Shown: positions 1 to 10,310 of the stretch, in pieces
Layout: every line of letters starts with the position of its first letter
Numbering within the stretch: position 1 is the first letter of the stretch
Assembly (NCBI GenBank): GCA_004322365.1
Contig: SCTS01000006.1
Coordinates: 160,756-224,755 of the forward strand
Direction: 5' to 3'
Source: Patescibacteria group bacterium
Lineage (GTDB): Bacteria; Patescibacteriota; Minisyncoccia; Phycocordibacterales; Phycocordibacteraceae
Length of the DNA stretch: 64,000 nt
Position numbers and translations under genes: made by a program
Notes under the pieces: generated by a model
Told to the model about the DNA's origin: nothing
The model's database searches: none
The model's input: the letters and a program-made list of their open reading frames with translations, nothing else

Positions 1-1580
1 TATTTCAACGGAACCTTCTCAAGATCTACCCTGCAACCATTTGACTCTCGTGCCATTTCGGCAACTGACGAGGATAAACCACCTGCACCATTGTCGGTAA
101 TGCTGTTATACAAATTCAAGTCTCTCGCCTCCTTACAAATGGCATCAGAAAATTTCTTCTGAGTAATGGCGTCGCCAATCTGCACAGCCGTCGCAGGACT
201 TCCTGAATCTAAGCTCACCGAAGAAAATGTTGCGCCATGAATACCGTCTAAGCCCACTCGCCCACCAACCATGACAATGTAATCACCTGATTTTGCCTTC
301 TTCTCATAGAGAATACGTTTGCCATTTTTCTTTGGGATAAGTCCTACCGTTCCAGCAAACACTAAAGGTTTACCACGATATAAATCATCAAAAATCATGA
401 AGCCGTTTGGAGTTGGGATACCACTCTGGTTTCCACCTGCATTGATTCCCTGAATAACTCCTTCTGCTATGCGCTTTGGTGGAAGCATCTCCTGCGTTAG
501 ATTTTTATCCCTATACAATTTTCGTGTGTCTTCAGGAAACGCGAAACAAAAACCATATACATTTGCAACTGGTTTTGCACCAAGACCAAACCCAAGCGTG
601 TCGCGATTCACACCAACAATGCCAGTAATGGCTCCACCAAACGGATCTAAGGCTGAGGGACTGTTATGTGTTTCTACTTTATGTGTCACCACATATTTCT
701 CATCAAATATGATTCCTCCTGCATTATCTTTAAACACTGAGACACAAAAATCTTTCTTTCCCTTCTTTGCGCGAATTTTTGCAGTAGCTCCTTTAATATA
801 TTTCTTATAGATTCCTTCTGAAATAGAATCTAACGGATTTGCAAAAATCGTGTGCTTGCAGTGCTCTGACCATGTTTGTGCCAATGCCTCGAGTTCAACA
901 TCAGTTGGGTTGCGATGGAGGTGTCGAAAATGATTACGAATGGCGTGGAGTGCATCCAAATCAAGCGCTAGAGGACCGCGATGTGTACCATCCTCACTTT
1001 TAATTCCATGAGTACCTATAATGAGAAGCTCTTCATCGCTAACCTCAAGATCCACTTCGAGCACTCGCGAGGAACTCGTGAGTTCCACACGAGGGACACT
1101 CGTTAGTGTTTTTCTTCCTTTAAGTGACGAATCGTATATCCGCGCAGACTGAATAAGAGGGTTATGCAAACTCGCTGCAATTTTTTCTACATGTGCTCGT
1201 GATAGTTCTCCTTCAATAAAAAATACCTGAAGCGAATACACTTTCTCCCCTACCTTAAAAGAACGCTTGATAGTGTCTTCAACTGTTTGCTCGGTAGTGG
1301 TGCCAACATTATCAGTAACCCCAGGGAGGAATCCTACCTCAATAGCGTAATCAAATTTCTGCGGGACTGAGCGCCCGACCGTTGACGCTTCAGTCACACT
1401 GTTAGTAAGTGCTCGCGCTACCTGCGACACCTGTCTTGGCGAGAGCTTCGCGTCAATAAGATACGAATCAACAATATGCACTTTTGTAACCGCTGAACCT
1501 GTAAGCGCTCGAAATGCTTTCAATTTCACTTCGGCCCGTGCATCCAGAATTGTAGGTGTGACATCAATCCGGATAACCAT
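1..1580 (-). CDS. purL: Phosphoribosylformylglycinamidine synthase PurL (5' part; runs off window start)
   Basis: Not in the ORF track. Manual minus-strand reading from ATG at 1580 gives LAQTWSEHCKHTIF, ETHNSPSALDPFGGAITGIVGVNRD and GGRVGLDGIHGATFSS motifs. Confidence 0.93.
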   Translation of the reverse strand, partial: MVIRIDVTPTILDARAEVKLKAFRALTGSAVTKVHIVDSYLIDAKLSPRQVSQVARALTNSVTEASTVGRSVPQKFDYAIEVGFLPGVTDNVGTTTEQTVEDTIKRSFKVGEKVYSLQVFFIEGELSRAHVEKIAASLHNPLIQSARIYDSSLKGRKTLTSVPRVELTSSSRVLEVDLEVSDEELLIIGTHGIKSEDGTHRGPLALDLDALHAIRNHFRHLHRNPTDVELEALAQTWSEHCKHTIFANPLDSISEGIYKKYIKGATAKIRAKKGKKDFCVSVFKDNAGGIIFDEKYVVTHKVETHNSPSALDPFGGAITGIVGVNRDTLGFGLGAKPVANVYGFCFAFPEDTRKLYRDKNLTQEMLPPKRIAEGVIQGINAGGNQSGIPTPNGFMIFDDLYRGKPLVFAGTVGLIPKKNGKRILYEKKAKSGDYIVMVGGRVGLDGIHGATFSSVSLDSGSPATAVQIGDAITQKKFSDAICKEARDLNLYNSITDNGAGGLSSSVAEMARESNGCRVDLEKVPLK

Positions 1581-1634
1581 GTACCCCTTATAATAAAGCG
1601 AAAATGCTCGCGCTCAAAATCCCAATGATGAGAC

Positions 1635-2858
1635 TTAGATTTTCTTGAGGACATCCCAAAGGCTTAGGTCTTCCCCGCCGTCAATTTTGAATATAGCAAT
1701 ACCCCTAACTCCCAACTTCTTTGCGAGAGCTATCTTATCTGCGATGGCATTTGCATCACTCCACCAGACGATGTTATAGGACGGGATAGTAGCAACTGGA
1801 GTGGTAACGCCATCCGAATAAGAAGTCGTCGCAATAGGTATCAGATTTAACAAAGGATCAATGTTTGCATTAGTGTTCGCACTCGGTAATACATTCGGAA
1901 TGTATGTGAAGCTCATCTCCCCTGCACTATTCCTTTCTACTTTAGGTTGGTACTGAGCAATAAGATCGTATGCGTACCTTTGGTTGAATGCCCACTGTAA
2001 ATCGTACCTATAGCCGTATTCAGAAAGTGGAGTCACTGTATATTCATAGCCATACGTTGCGACACCTATAACAATCTTCTTTTTTGAAATGGTCTTTGAT
2101 GCAAGTGTAATCACTTTTTCCACCCATTTTGGATCAGCAACTGGGACATAAGGGGAGCCGTTTGCAGCTTTATTCAACTTTACATCTATCGCACCCTGAT
2201 CATACGTCATAATGTGCACGCGGTCACAGTATTTATTGATGGCAACATAATCATTCGCATACACAGTGGCATCTGCTGGTGGAGCGCTGTCATAACGTGA
2301 CGATACAGGGGTGCGTGCTTCAATGTCGCAAGTAACCCACTTGTTCCCCATCCTTTGGTACAGCCCCTTAAGAAACAGAGCGAAGTATTCTTTTGTCTCT
2401 GCCTTCTTTCCTTCAAAATCAATATCAATACCATCAAAACCCTTTGTCTTCACAAGAGCGGCTATTTCATCCTCAAGAGCGATACGAGTTTTAGTATTGC
2501 TGAGTATTCGGTGTATCGCTTCGCCGTTTGACCACATCACCGTAGGAATAACTCGCACTTTTTTCGCTTTCGCAGTAGCAATAAGTTCTGGCCATGGAGC
2601 CTCATCTATTTTCATAGTGTCGGACAATGTTCCGTCATTTTTTACCGAATAACCAAAAGGGTTGATTTCAGTAAATGCATCTATATGTAACAAAGCATCT
2701 GCTGTTGATGTAGCCTTACGCCAATATGGGAGCCATCCCGAAACTTCAAGTTTCTGAGTTTTTGGCTTTGATGCAGCATCTACAGAAACTGCCATGCCAC
2801 CAAAGGTCAGTAAGAGAGCAAAAATAGCGCACACTGCAAATACATTTTTTGACTGCAT
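1635..2858 (-). CDS. Secreted glycoside hydrolase family 18 protein
   Basis: Signal peptide; DGIDIDFE catalytic DxxDxDxE motif; IMTYD; KIALAKKLGVRGIAIF C-terminal strand. Confidence 0.88.
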   Translation of the reverse strand: MQSKNVFAVCAIFALLLTFGGMAVSVDAASKPKTQKLEVSGWLPYWRKATSTADALLHIDAFTEINPFGYSVKNDGTLSDTMKIDEAPWPELIATAKAKKVRVIPTVMWSNGEAIHRILSNTKTRIALEDEIAALVKTKGFDGIDIDFEGKKAETKEYFALFLKGLYQRMGNKWVTCDIEARTPVSSRYDSAPPADATVYANDYVAINKYCDRVHIMTYDQGAIDVKLNKAANGSPYVPVADPKWVEKVITLASKTISKKKIVIGVATYGYEYTVTPLSEYGYRYDLQWAFNQRYAYDLIAQYQPKVERNSAGEMSFTYIPNVLPSANTNANIDPLLNLIPIATTSYSDGVTTPVATIPSYNIVWWSDANAIADKIALAKKLGVRGIAIFKIDGGEDLSLWDVLKKI

Positions 2859-3013
2859 TACGATAAGTATACCCTGTGAGATAATTTACTTCGATGAAGA
2901 TGCATACAGTAAAAAACACTTCGATTTTTTCTTAACTCCTTTAATTCAGATACTCCCACCACACCGAGGATTGGCGGTATTTAAAGTCTCTACCAGTGAT
3001 ACCATTGTTATGT

Positions 3014-3487
3014 ATGAACAATATTGAGACAGATTCTAAGGATACGGGTGTTCAATCTGGACAAATGGGAAAAGTAAAAATAATTGTCGCACACTACTAC
3101 GGTGATCCGCTTCGTAGAATTTTTGTTGCCATTGCAGTAATCTCTGTTCTGGTTATTCCTCTCTGGGGAAACCTTCTTCCTTTTGGTACATTCTTTGAAC
3201 TTTTAAGTGCGCTCCTTCTCGTACTCCTCGCTGGCCTTACAAACCCCCACAGCCCAACTGTAGCGGTAATTAATACCCTAGTGTCTGCTACGGGAGCCCT
3301 ACTCCTTGAAATGGCAGCGATTGACTTCTATCATTCACAGTCGTTCTTACTATTTGCCATCCGAGAAACCACAGCAATCCTCTTTCTCTTTGCACTCTAC
3401 TTTGCTGTAAAAACACTCCGCGCCATGCTTTTGAAACAAGTTGGACACCTACCAGAGCACGGAGAGTTTGACGACGTAAAGAAGTAA
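3014..3487 (+). CDS. Hypothetical integral membrane protein (~4 TM)
   Basis: ORF 2996-3487 with four hydrophobic segments; ATG at 3014 chosen as start. Confidence 0.7.
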   Translation: MNNIETDSKDTGVQSGQMGKVKIIVAHYYGDPLRRIFVAIAVISVLVIPLWGNLLPFGTFFELLSALLLVLLAGLTNPHSPTVAVINTLVSATGALLLEMAAIDFYHSQSFLLFAIRETTAILFLFALYFAVKTLRAMLLKQVGHLPEHGEFDDVKK

Positions 3488-3507
3488 AAGTTGAATCAAA
3501 TTTTAAA

Positions 3508-4176
3508 TTATCGTGTAAGTACGAGTGAATAACGAATTGCATCAAATTCTTTCAATAGCGCCTGCTTATCGAACGCCTCTACTGTGCCGGGGCTATAGTT
3601 GCCAATGTTCGTAGAATGGAAAAAATAGCGCACTGCCGTGCAAGGCACACTTCCTGAAATCACGTACACGATTTCTTCATAAAGATTACCTGCGCCAGCA
3701 CCAGCAGTCTTTGTCATTAAGTAGGTGGTACCTTTTTCTTTTAATGTCTTCGACACCAAACCCTCTTCAACAAAACTGGTGCCCGTACATGGCGCTACAC
3801 GAGGAAGTATCTCTACAGAAACACCGGTATCGATATGCGAGAGATTGTTTCCCTCTGTGTATGACTTAGGAATTTTAAACTGCACCCCTTTACTGCCTTG
3901 ACGCGAACCAAGTTCCGTACGTACGGATGAAGAATCAGCGATATATTCTGGTGGATATAAAATAGAAATACCAAGTTTTGTAGAATCAAATTCACGCCAA
4001 CCTTCAGGAACACTTGCGTTTGCAACAAGTGTCGAGTCATCAAAAAATAAGCTGAGAGTTGAAGGGTGATAAAAAACCCACAGAGACAGGAGGCATGCAA
4101 TCGCCAGAACGATTACCAACCACTGCATGACACTGCCCCGAACCACCCTCCTGTTCATACCTTCAGAATAGAACAT
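3508..4176 (-). CDS. Hypothetical membrane-anchored exported protein
   Basis: N-terminal TM helix, then a GISILYPPEY...FDAIRYSL pattern typical of PsbP-like CPR exported proteins. Confidence 0.65.
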   Translation of the reverse strand: MFYSEGMNRRVVRGSVMQWLVIVLAIACLLSLWVFYHPSTLSLFFDDSTLVANASVPEGWREFDSTKLGISILYPPEYIADSSSVRTELGSRQGSKGVQFKIPKSYTEGNNLSHIDTGVSVEILPRVAPCTGTSFVEEGLVSKTLKEKGTTYLMTKTAGAGAGNLYEEIVYVISGSVPCTAVRYFFHSTNIGNYSPGTVEAFDKQALLKEFDAIRYSLVLTR

Positions 4177-4259
4177 GGATTCATTATTACATGAAGACTA
4201 CGCTACCAGCCCTCGTTTTCTTTTTTTAATGATTGAAGTAAATTATAGGGATTTTTTCT

Positions 4260-5837
4260 TCATAATGTCTCTACAATCTCAAGAACAGAATCTGACTTAG
4301 CAACTTCTAGTCGAGTCGACATTGATTTAAACATTGCGACTGCCTGCTCATACCCAACTACCCACCCAGTCTGTCGAACACTGTTATAGAAAGGGGTGCG
4401 GAGCATATTTCCTGCCGTATCGTAGGTTTCAGGATATCCATAATAACGAACCATATTTTTTGAATATGCACCAATATGCCGTGCAGCACGCTCTAAGAAT
4501 AAATGCTGATTATCATATTCAGATAACGCAACAAGAACTTTTATAAACTCCGCCCCCCAGAAACTCCATATAGCGGTACCTCCATAGGACGCAACAAAAA
4601 GACGGACAATGGGTACTTGGCGTGACGCTCTGTTGGTTTGTTGATACCGCAAAGGGAATGGCATATCAATCCCTTCCTTTATCGTGTAGAGAGTTGCGCG
4701 CTCAAGATATCGCCTCTCATCAGACTTTGTGACATCCAAGAATCCAGTAAAGTATGCGGCCAACCAGTCTGCGGAATAATATTTTCCTGCTACCCCCTCA
4801 GAAGAACTATCTTCTAAAAAGTACCCTTCCTTCTCTTGCCAATAGGTCTCGAGAATACGGGTCTTTAACTTAGGGAGATCAACTGCAGGTATATTTTCTA
4901 TACCCAATGTCCGCGCCAGCATAAATGTTTTCCAAAAAATAACATTGTCATAAAATGCACTCGTGCGCACAGTGATGTCTTTCGCTGATGAAATATGAAT
5001 ATCCTTTTTAATTAAGCCTGTTTCCGTATCAAAAACTCGGTTGTAGTATTTCGTAATAAGAAGCGCTAGTGCATCACGATTCTCTTCGAGAAGATTCCCA
5101 GCGGCAGTCTTTGTCTCAAGTCCAAAACTATTTTCTGATTCAAAAGGATACCGCTTCACGAAAAAGGAGTTGTCGATAAGTGTCGATAAGCCAAAAAGAA
5201 CACCGTAGAGAGCGTCTGATGGATAATGATAGATATTTATACAACTCACCGCTCGAGGTCCTACTGGCACAATAGTGGTGGTACAATCGCCATTTTTTGT
5301 AAATGCAGCGATTGCATAGGCAACTGTTTGAAGGTAGATTCTCTGTCTATTTTCCCAATCACTTTTTCCTAATGCAGTTCGTGGATCAAGGGTTGCATAA
5401 TAAAACACACCAAGATTCCTTGGATAAAAAACATTAAAATGATCTCCTGAAATCAAATAGGGCCTCTTTGGATTGAATCGCACCTTATGAATATCGCGTA
5501 TAACGCCCTCGAGACTTCGGCTTCTTGCTTTCTCACCAGCATGCACATTGGAAACGATATGCCACGCACATTTCGCGTACGCAAAACCGTGCCAAAAGAA
5601 GGACTTACATACCTTAAGATTGAAACGCTTCAGAAGGGCGATGGTTCTCCCCTGTCGTCTTGTTTCAAATGGATTCTTAACGCGACTCATTCGACCATAC
5701 GGATTTGAGAATGCAGAGTACATAATCAACGCCACAAGCGTCACAATAAAAAAAATAGCGAAACCATCTGAATAGTAATGATGATGTCTCATATTCAAAC
5801 GCGCACTTGGAAAACTATAGAAAAACCCATGGTACAA
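4260..5837 (-). CDS. Hypothetical membrane-anchored protein, possible (alpha/alpha)6 six-hairpin glycosidase fold
   Basis: 525-aa ORF with an N-terminal TM; aromatic-rich helical motifs (YWQEKEGYF, AIWSFWG, GYPETYD). The fold is inferred. Confidence 0.55.
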   Translation of the reverse strand: MYHGFFYSFPSARLNMRHHHYYSDGFAIFFIVTLVALIMYSAFSNPYGRMSRVKNPFETRRQGRTIALLKRFNLKVCKSFFWHGFAYAKCAWHIVSNVHAGEKARSRSLEGVIRDIHKVRFNPKRPYLISGDHFNVFYPRNLGVFYYATLDPRTALGKSDWENRQRIYLQTVAYAIAAFTKNGDCTTTIVPVGPRAVSCINIYHYPSDALYGVLFGLSTLIDNSFFVKRYPFESENSFGLETKTAAGNLLEENRDALALLITKYYNRVFDTETGLIKKDIHISSAKDITVRTSAFYDNVIFWKTFMLARTLGIENIPAVDLPKLKTRILETYWQEKEGYFLEDSSSEGVAGKYYSADWLAAYFTGFLDVTKSDERRYLERATLYTIKEGIDMPFPLRYQQTNRASRQVPIVRLFVASYGGTAIWSFWGAEFIKVLVALSEYDNQHLFLERAARHIGAYSKNMVRYYGYPETYDTAGNMLRTPFYNSVRQTGWVVGYEQAVAMFKSMSTRLEVAKSDSVLEIVETL

Positions 5838-5846
5838 AAAAAATAA

Positions 5847-6359
5847 CTACGGCACGAGCTTTAAGAGTGTTTCGAAATTACCCCGAATACCTGGAGTTTC
5901 CGCACCCCCCTCATCTAACAATCCCTTTTTGATAACCAACTGACCACCCTCCTCAAATACACCGAGCTCCGTGCCTCCACCTGCCCACCAACAGATGGCG
6001 CCTGCCTGCTCACCTGCCACAAGCTGCCAGCTTGAATTCTTAATGTCCGTGCAGTTTCCTTCATAGGTACCCGCGCTATATTTCTTGTCATTCATCGCAA
6101 AAGTTACCTCGGTATGGGGTATTCCCTGCACCATGTCTTCACCAACATCAACAAAACTCCAAGTCATTGTTGGAGTAGGGCACGCTGTAAATTCGCACTG
6201 TGGACCGGCTCGCCCAACCGCACTTCCATCTGGGCAGATTTTAGCCTCCATAGTACATGCTACTCCCTGTGGTTTTGCTTGCGGTTGCAAGAAAAGAAAT
6301 CCTCCACCAACAACAACTATTCCTACTCCAATAGTAGCTATGAGTCCTATTTTCGTCAT
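5847..6359 (-). CDS. Exported protein with Cys-rich CTMEAKICPDGSxVGRxGPxCEF module
   Basis: N-terminal TM and 4-Cys module; paralog of 44315-44848; ATG 6359 preceded by TACGCT-N6. Confidence 0.75.
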   Translation of the reverse strand: MTKIGLIATIGVGIVVVGGGFLFLQPQAKPQGVACTMEAKICPDGSAVGRAGPQCEFTACPTPTMTWSFVDVGEDMVQGIPHTEVTFAMNDKKYSAGTYEGNCTDIKNSSWQLVAGEQAGAICWWAGGGTELGVFEEGGQLVIKKGLLDEGGAETPGIRGNFETLLKLVP

Positions 6360-6412
6360 TTCTCTAGCGTAACACACTGCCTACCGCATAAAAAAACCTC
6401 TTATAGACAGCC

Positions 6413-8080
6413 CTATTGCTTAAAAAATAGACGGGCAATACGAAGATCTTCATACGAGTACATACCATTAAAACGCTCAAATATCGGAGAAAGTCGTTCG
6501 ACTCCTTGGAGCTCAAATACCTCGTGAATAACCGGCAAGGCCTCTATAATATTCACTGAAAAAATGTTTTGTATATCATTCACTTCACATAAACCCTGCG
6601 CTATTATTTTTTCAACATGGTCAATAAGTGTCCCAACTTTTAATGATCGTATCTTGGCAATATCAGAGATGGAGTGACCTTCCTGTATCAGGATAAGTGT
6701 TTTAGAAAGTGTACTGGATTTTTCTTTTTTGCTCTGAATATTCTTCTCTGATTCAAATGTTCCTCCGCATGCACGAATAAAATTTTCTTCCATACCCGCA
6801 TGCTCTGCATCACTCATCTCCTCAAAAACTGCCCGTGCGTCCTCAGACTTAATACGAAATTGTGCATCCTGTTCAGCCACTCGAGGGTGCACCAAGAGTG
6901 CCCGCTCGCTCCACCCTAGAAGATGAAGCCCTCGGAGGGTTCGTACCCTTGAGAGAGCGACATACCCATGCCCATGCTCGAATACTTGCGAGAGGTCAAT
7001 TGCAGCAGCGTCCATACTCATACCTTGGCTCTTGTGTATGGTCATGGCCCATGCAAGTCGAAGTGGCACCTGATTAATCCGTGCACGCACCTTACCGTTC
7101 TGTTCAACAGCCCACTCCATAGGCTCCACAGTAAAGACTCGCCCATCTTTCGTTTTTACAATTGGATATGAATTCTCTTCATTAAACCCGATAACAACCC
7201 CAAGCGTGCCATTTGCAAATCCGATACTTGGATTGTTCTTCGTACACATCACCACTGCATCCTTCTTGAGAAAAAGTTTTTCGGGAGAGAGGCATCCCCG
7301 TTTGAGACCGAGAATGAGATTATCACTCCCCTGTGCAGTCATCACAAATTCTGTTGGCTGACCCTTCAGTTTAGCGAGTGCATCCGCGTTAATGCGATCT
7401 ACATCCATATTGTGTGCAAAAAGTCGTGGAATTTTATGTGAAACCTCCTCCGGAGATACTGCTCTATCTTGAAAACACAACAGAGTATCCTCATCGGCGA
7501 CACCCGACCTAATAGAAGCGAGAGCAGAAAGGAATACTTCATCTTCTTGTCTATGCTGTTCAGTGAGGTAACAAACAATTGGATTGACGGCCTTCCAGAC
7601 CGCAGACTCAAAAGCAAATGACGCTCGTGAAGCCCCTCGTTTAGAAACTGGTGGGAGTTGGAAAAAATCACCAACAAATATTACTTGTATTCCACCAAAT
7701 ACTTCTTGACTACGGTGTACCTCTCGCACCACGGCCTCTGCTAAAGCTAAGGTTTCTCCAGACAGCATTGAGACCTCATCGATAATGAGTATGCGTGATT
7801 TTGTTATTCGCCTTGCCACATGCTCTTTCCCTGCAATGGCATCAACATCCTGCTCTGATAGATGCTCTGCAATCCCTATACCACTCCAAGAGTGTAATGT
7901 AATGCCTCCAATGTGTGTCGCTGCAATACCTGTTGATGCGGTGATGGCAGGTTCAATTCCTTTACCTCGAAGCCATGCTACATATTCATTTACGGTGTGG
8001 GTCTTTCCACTTCCAGGTTCACCTGTCAAAAAAACATTAGCGCCCGTCTTCAAAATCGTTAGTGCATCATTCTGCGTCAT
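6413..8080 (-). CDS. PIF1-family (SF1B) DNA helicase with C-terminal HTH
   Basis: GEPGSGKT Walker A, ILIIDEVSML, GDFFQLPPV, LAWAMTIHKSQG, YVALSRV. Confidence 0.92.
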   Translation of the reverse strand: MTQNDALTILKTGANVFLTGEPGSGKTHTVNEYVAWLRGKGIEPAITASTGIAATHIGGITLHSWSGIGIAEHLSEQDVDAIAGKEHVARRITKSRILIIDEVSMLSGETLALAEAVVREVHRSQEVFGGIQVIFVGDFFQLPPVSKRGASRASFAFESAVWKAVNPIVCYLTEQHRQEDEVFLSALASIRSGVADEDTLLCFQDRAVSPEEVSHKIPRLFAHNMDVDRINADALAKLKGQPTEFVMTAQGSDNLILGLKRGCLSPEKLFLKKDAVVMCTKNNPSIGFANGTLGVVIGFNEENSYPIVKTKDGRVFTVEPMEWAVEQNGKVRARINQVPLRLAWAMTIHKSQGMSMDAAAIDLSQVFEHGHGYVALSRVRTLRGLHLLGWSERALLVHPRVAEQDAQFRIKSEDARAVFEEMSDAEHAGMEENFIRACGGTFESEKNIQSKKEKSSTLSKTLILIQEGHSISDIAKIRSLKVGTLIDHVEKIIAQGLCEVNDIQNIFSVNIIEALPVIHEVFELQGVERLSPIFERFNGMYSYEDLRIARLFFKQ

Positions 8081-8140
8081 CGACACAGGGTACCGCAAAA
8101 TACCATTTTGCTGTACATAAAAATCTTTCCGTTTATACAG

Positions 8141-8399
8141 TCATTTCTCAATATTCCTGTGTATAAGTGTAATTTTTTCTTCTCGAGTTAATCTTTTTAG
8201 TTCTGCTTCACGAGCACGAGCCTGTGCAAAGCTTGTGCATATTTCTGTGTATTTCAGCACAACAGGTCTCCTAATTTTTGTATAGTGGGCACCCTGCTGA
8301 GGCATGATTATGCTGATGGACTCGTTTTTCCAAATTAACAGTAGATCCAATATAAAGGCTCGTATCAGCGCACTCTAAAATATAAACAAAGTGAGACAT
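8141..8399 (-). pseudogene. GIY-YIG nuclease (UPF0213-like) interrupted by a +1 frameshift
   Basis: ATG 8399 gives MSHFVYILECADTSLYIGSTVNLEKRVHQHNHASA. The C-terminal half GAHYTKIRRPV...AREAELK is in another frame. There is one extra G in the run at 8292-8294. Confidence 0.8.
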
Positions 8400-8507
8400 C
8401 TAAACATTTACCGACATTTTCCCAAGATAAAAACCAAGAAAAAATACTCCGACAAATAAAATAATAGCTACCACCTGCGAAAATTTTGTAACTTTCTTCC
8501 ACTCCAT
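8400..8507 (-). CDS. 35-aa single-TM microprotein
   Basis: Manual translation MEWKKVTKFSQVVAIILFVGVFFLGFYLGKMSVNV*; packed between the pilin stop (8519) and the GIY-YIG ATG (TAG-ATG junction). Confidence 0.6.
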   Translation of the reverse strand: MEWKKVTKFSQVVAIILFVGVFFLGFYLGKMSVNV

Positions 8508-8518
8508 AATTTCTAAAA

Positions 8519-9055
8519 TTAATATTGTACTCGGATGGCACGCTCAAGACGGAGTGGGTTCGTCGTAATGCATGTGTTGTAACCTTGCGAGGCAATAACT
8601 GTTTCGGTTGGATAAAAAGTTTTAGTAACCGTCACGGTAATGCAAGGATTGGCCACTCCTCCGTCAAGTGGGAAAGAAAACACGCTGGTGTATGTTGGAC
8701 GGAGTACCGTGCCCCCTGAGGTGCGCGTTACATCTGCCAAACCACCTCCACAAGCAACCTGTGTGAGCGCTGATGTTGTTGCAAATGCATTCTGTTTTGT
8801 ATCCCAATAGAGAGCGCACTCGATTCCGGTATCAGCTGCAAAAAAAGCAAATTGTGACTCACGACCTGATGACGAAAGGATAATTTCTTTTGAGAGAATA
8901 TTAAAAATTGCCGAACCAATAGCAATGAGTATGCTACTAATCAATACTGCGAGCAGAAGAGTGAATCCCCGTGAGCTACGAGAAAAGGCTTTTTGAGTTA
9001 ATGAACTCGCACCTGGAACCTGGAACCTGGAACCTATTTTTTCTTTCATACTCAT
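8519..9055 (-). CDS. Minor pilin, PilX/GspK-like (no Glu5)
   Basis: RG|FTLLLAVLISS class III signal lacking E5; AFFAADTGIECALY; ATGA overlap with the upstream pilin. Confidence 0.8.
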   Translation of the reverse strand: MSMKEKIGSRFQVPGASSLTQKAFSRSSRGFTLLLAVLISSILIAIGSAIFNILSKEIILSSSGRESQFAFFAADTGIECALYWDTKQNAFATTSALTQVACGGGLADVTRTSGGTVLRPTYTSVFSFPLDGGVANPCITVTVTKTFYPTETVIASQGYNTCITTNPLRLERAIRVQY

Positions 9056-9618
9056 GGTCCTGCCCAATTAAAAAGATGCTCAGTAACCTGAAACGACCTG
9101 CTAATTCCAACCGATACCCAAGAGATTCTCACCTTCACTATTACTTCGTCAACACTACCTGCAACGGGCGTAATAGAAAGAACTCTAGTAAAGGCTGACG
9201 CAGGCCCGCTCGTTGCATCCTGATTGTATAATTTTGTTGCACTACTTATATATATGGGAGGACAGGTACTCAGAACACCGCATGCACTGTGGGTAAAACG
9301 AGGAAAATCAACCACACATGATGCCCCAACGCAGTCACCAAGATTGGTAAGCCACGATGCGTTAGCAAGATAGTTTTGATCACGCTGGGCTCTCACATAT
9401 TCCACCGCTTCCTGCGCAAGATAGAAAGCAGTCACTTGATCCCGTGCGTAATATGCGAGACGAAGAGATTGTGCAGCAATTGAGAGCGGCCCGACAAGCG
9501 AAACCAATAACACCGTAATCGCCACAAAGGTCTCAATCAAAGTAAACGCGCGAATTACTTTCGCTTTTCTAGAACCTGAAAGCTGAAACCTGAAAGCTGA
9601 AAGCTGGTTGTTTTTCAT
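9052..9618 (-). CDS. Minor pilin, PilV-like
   Basis: RA|FTLIETFVAITVL; AFYLAQEAVEYVR. Confidence 0.82.
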   Translation of the reverse strand: MKNNQLSAFRFQLSGSRKAKVIRAFTLIETFVAITVLLVSLVGPLSIAAQSLRLAYYARDQVTAFYLAQEAVEYVRAQRDQNYLANASWLTNLGDCVGASCVVDFPRFTHSACGVLSTCPPIYISSATKLYNQDATSGPASAFTRVLSITPVAGSVDEVIVKVRISWVSVGISRSFQVTEHLFNWAGP

Positions 9619-9620
9619 AT

Positions 9621-10310
9621 TTATATATCGAGGACTCTTTGAACAACGCTTGCCTGCACGGTAAATGTAGTTGTGCCCCCCGGAACTACCGCTGAACCCT
9701 TAATACGCATAAGAACGCGGGGCTGTATGCCATCTCCTTTCGCTGAGCCAACAACATAAAAATCGAAGCTATCAATTGAGACTTCGGGTGCAGTAATCGC
9801 AATCCAACTACCGTTAGCACCTCCACGCAAAGAACGCTCAAGTTGTGTACCGTTTAACCGATAGACAACTTGGTCATTCGCGTCAGTCAAATTGCCTGTT
9901 GACGACTCGAACGCAAGAAGACGAGCTCCACCCAAAGCGCAATCTTGTGGATTTGCAATTGTTGAAGACGGTGGAGGAGATGGGGGTGTTGTGGCAGAAG
10001 TAACGCAATTATATAAGGTGCCTACACGAATGGATCGTGACATACCTTCGACTGCTGCACTCAAGTTGTTCATGACTGAGTGGATTGCCTGCGCACGGTG
10101 GTTTGTAGCCACAAGTGACAATAACCCGCCAACCCCAACCATCATAACAATGGCGAATATTGTTACCGCAACCATCATCTCAATCAGAGTGAATCCGCGC
10201 GCTGTTTCCTTTCCACCTGTGCGGAGCAAAGTACCTATACGAAAGACTGAGACTTGGGCAAACGCCCCGGAGTGGTCTTTCGTATAGGTACTTTGTGTAG
10301 TTTTTTTCAT
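9621..10310 (-). CDS. Minor pilin, PilW-like
   Basis: RG|FTLIEMMVAVTIF N-methylation motif after a long leader. Confidence 0.82.
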   Translation of the reverse strand: MKKTTQSTYTKDHSGAFAQVSVFRIGTLLRTGGKETARGFTLIEMMVAVTIFAIVMMVGVGGLLSLVATNHRAQAIHSVMNNLSAAVEGMSRSIRVGTLYNCVTSATTPPSPPPSSTIANPQDCALGGARLLAFESSTGNLTDANDQVVYRLNGTQLERSLRGGANGSWIAITAPEVSIDSFDFYVVGSAKGDGIQPRVLMRIKGSAVVPGGTTTFTVQASVVQRVLDI

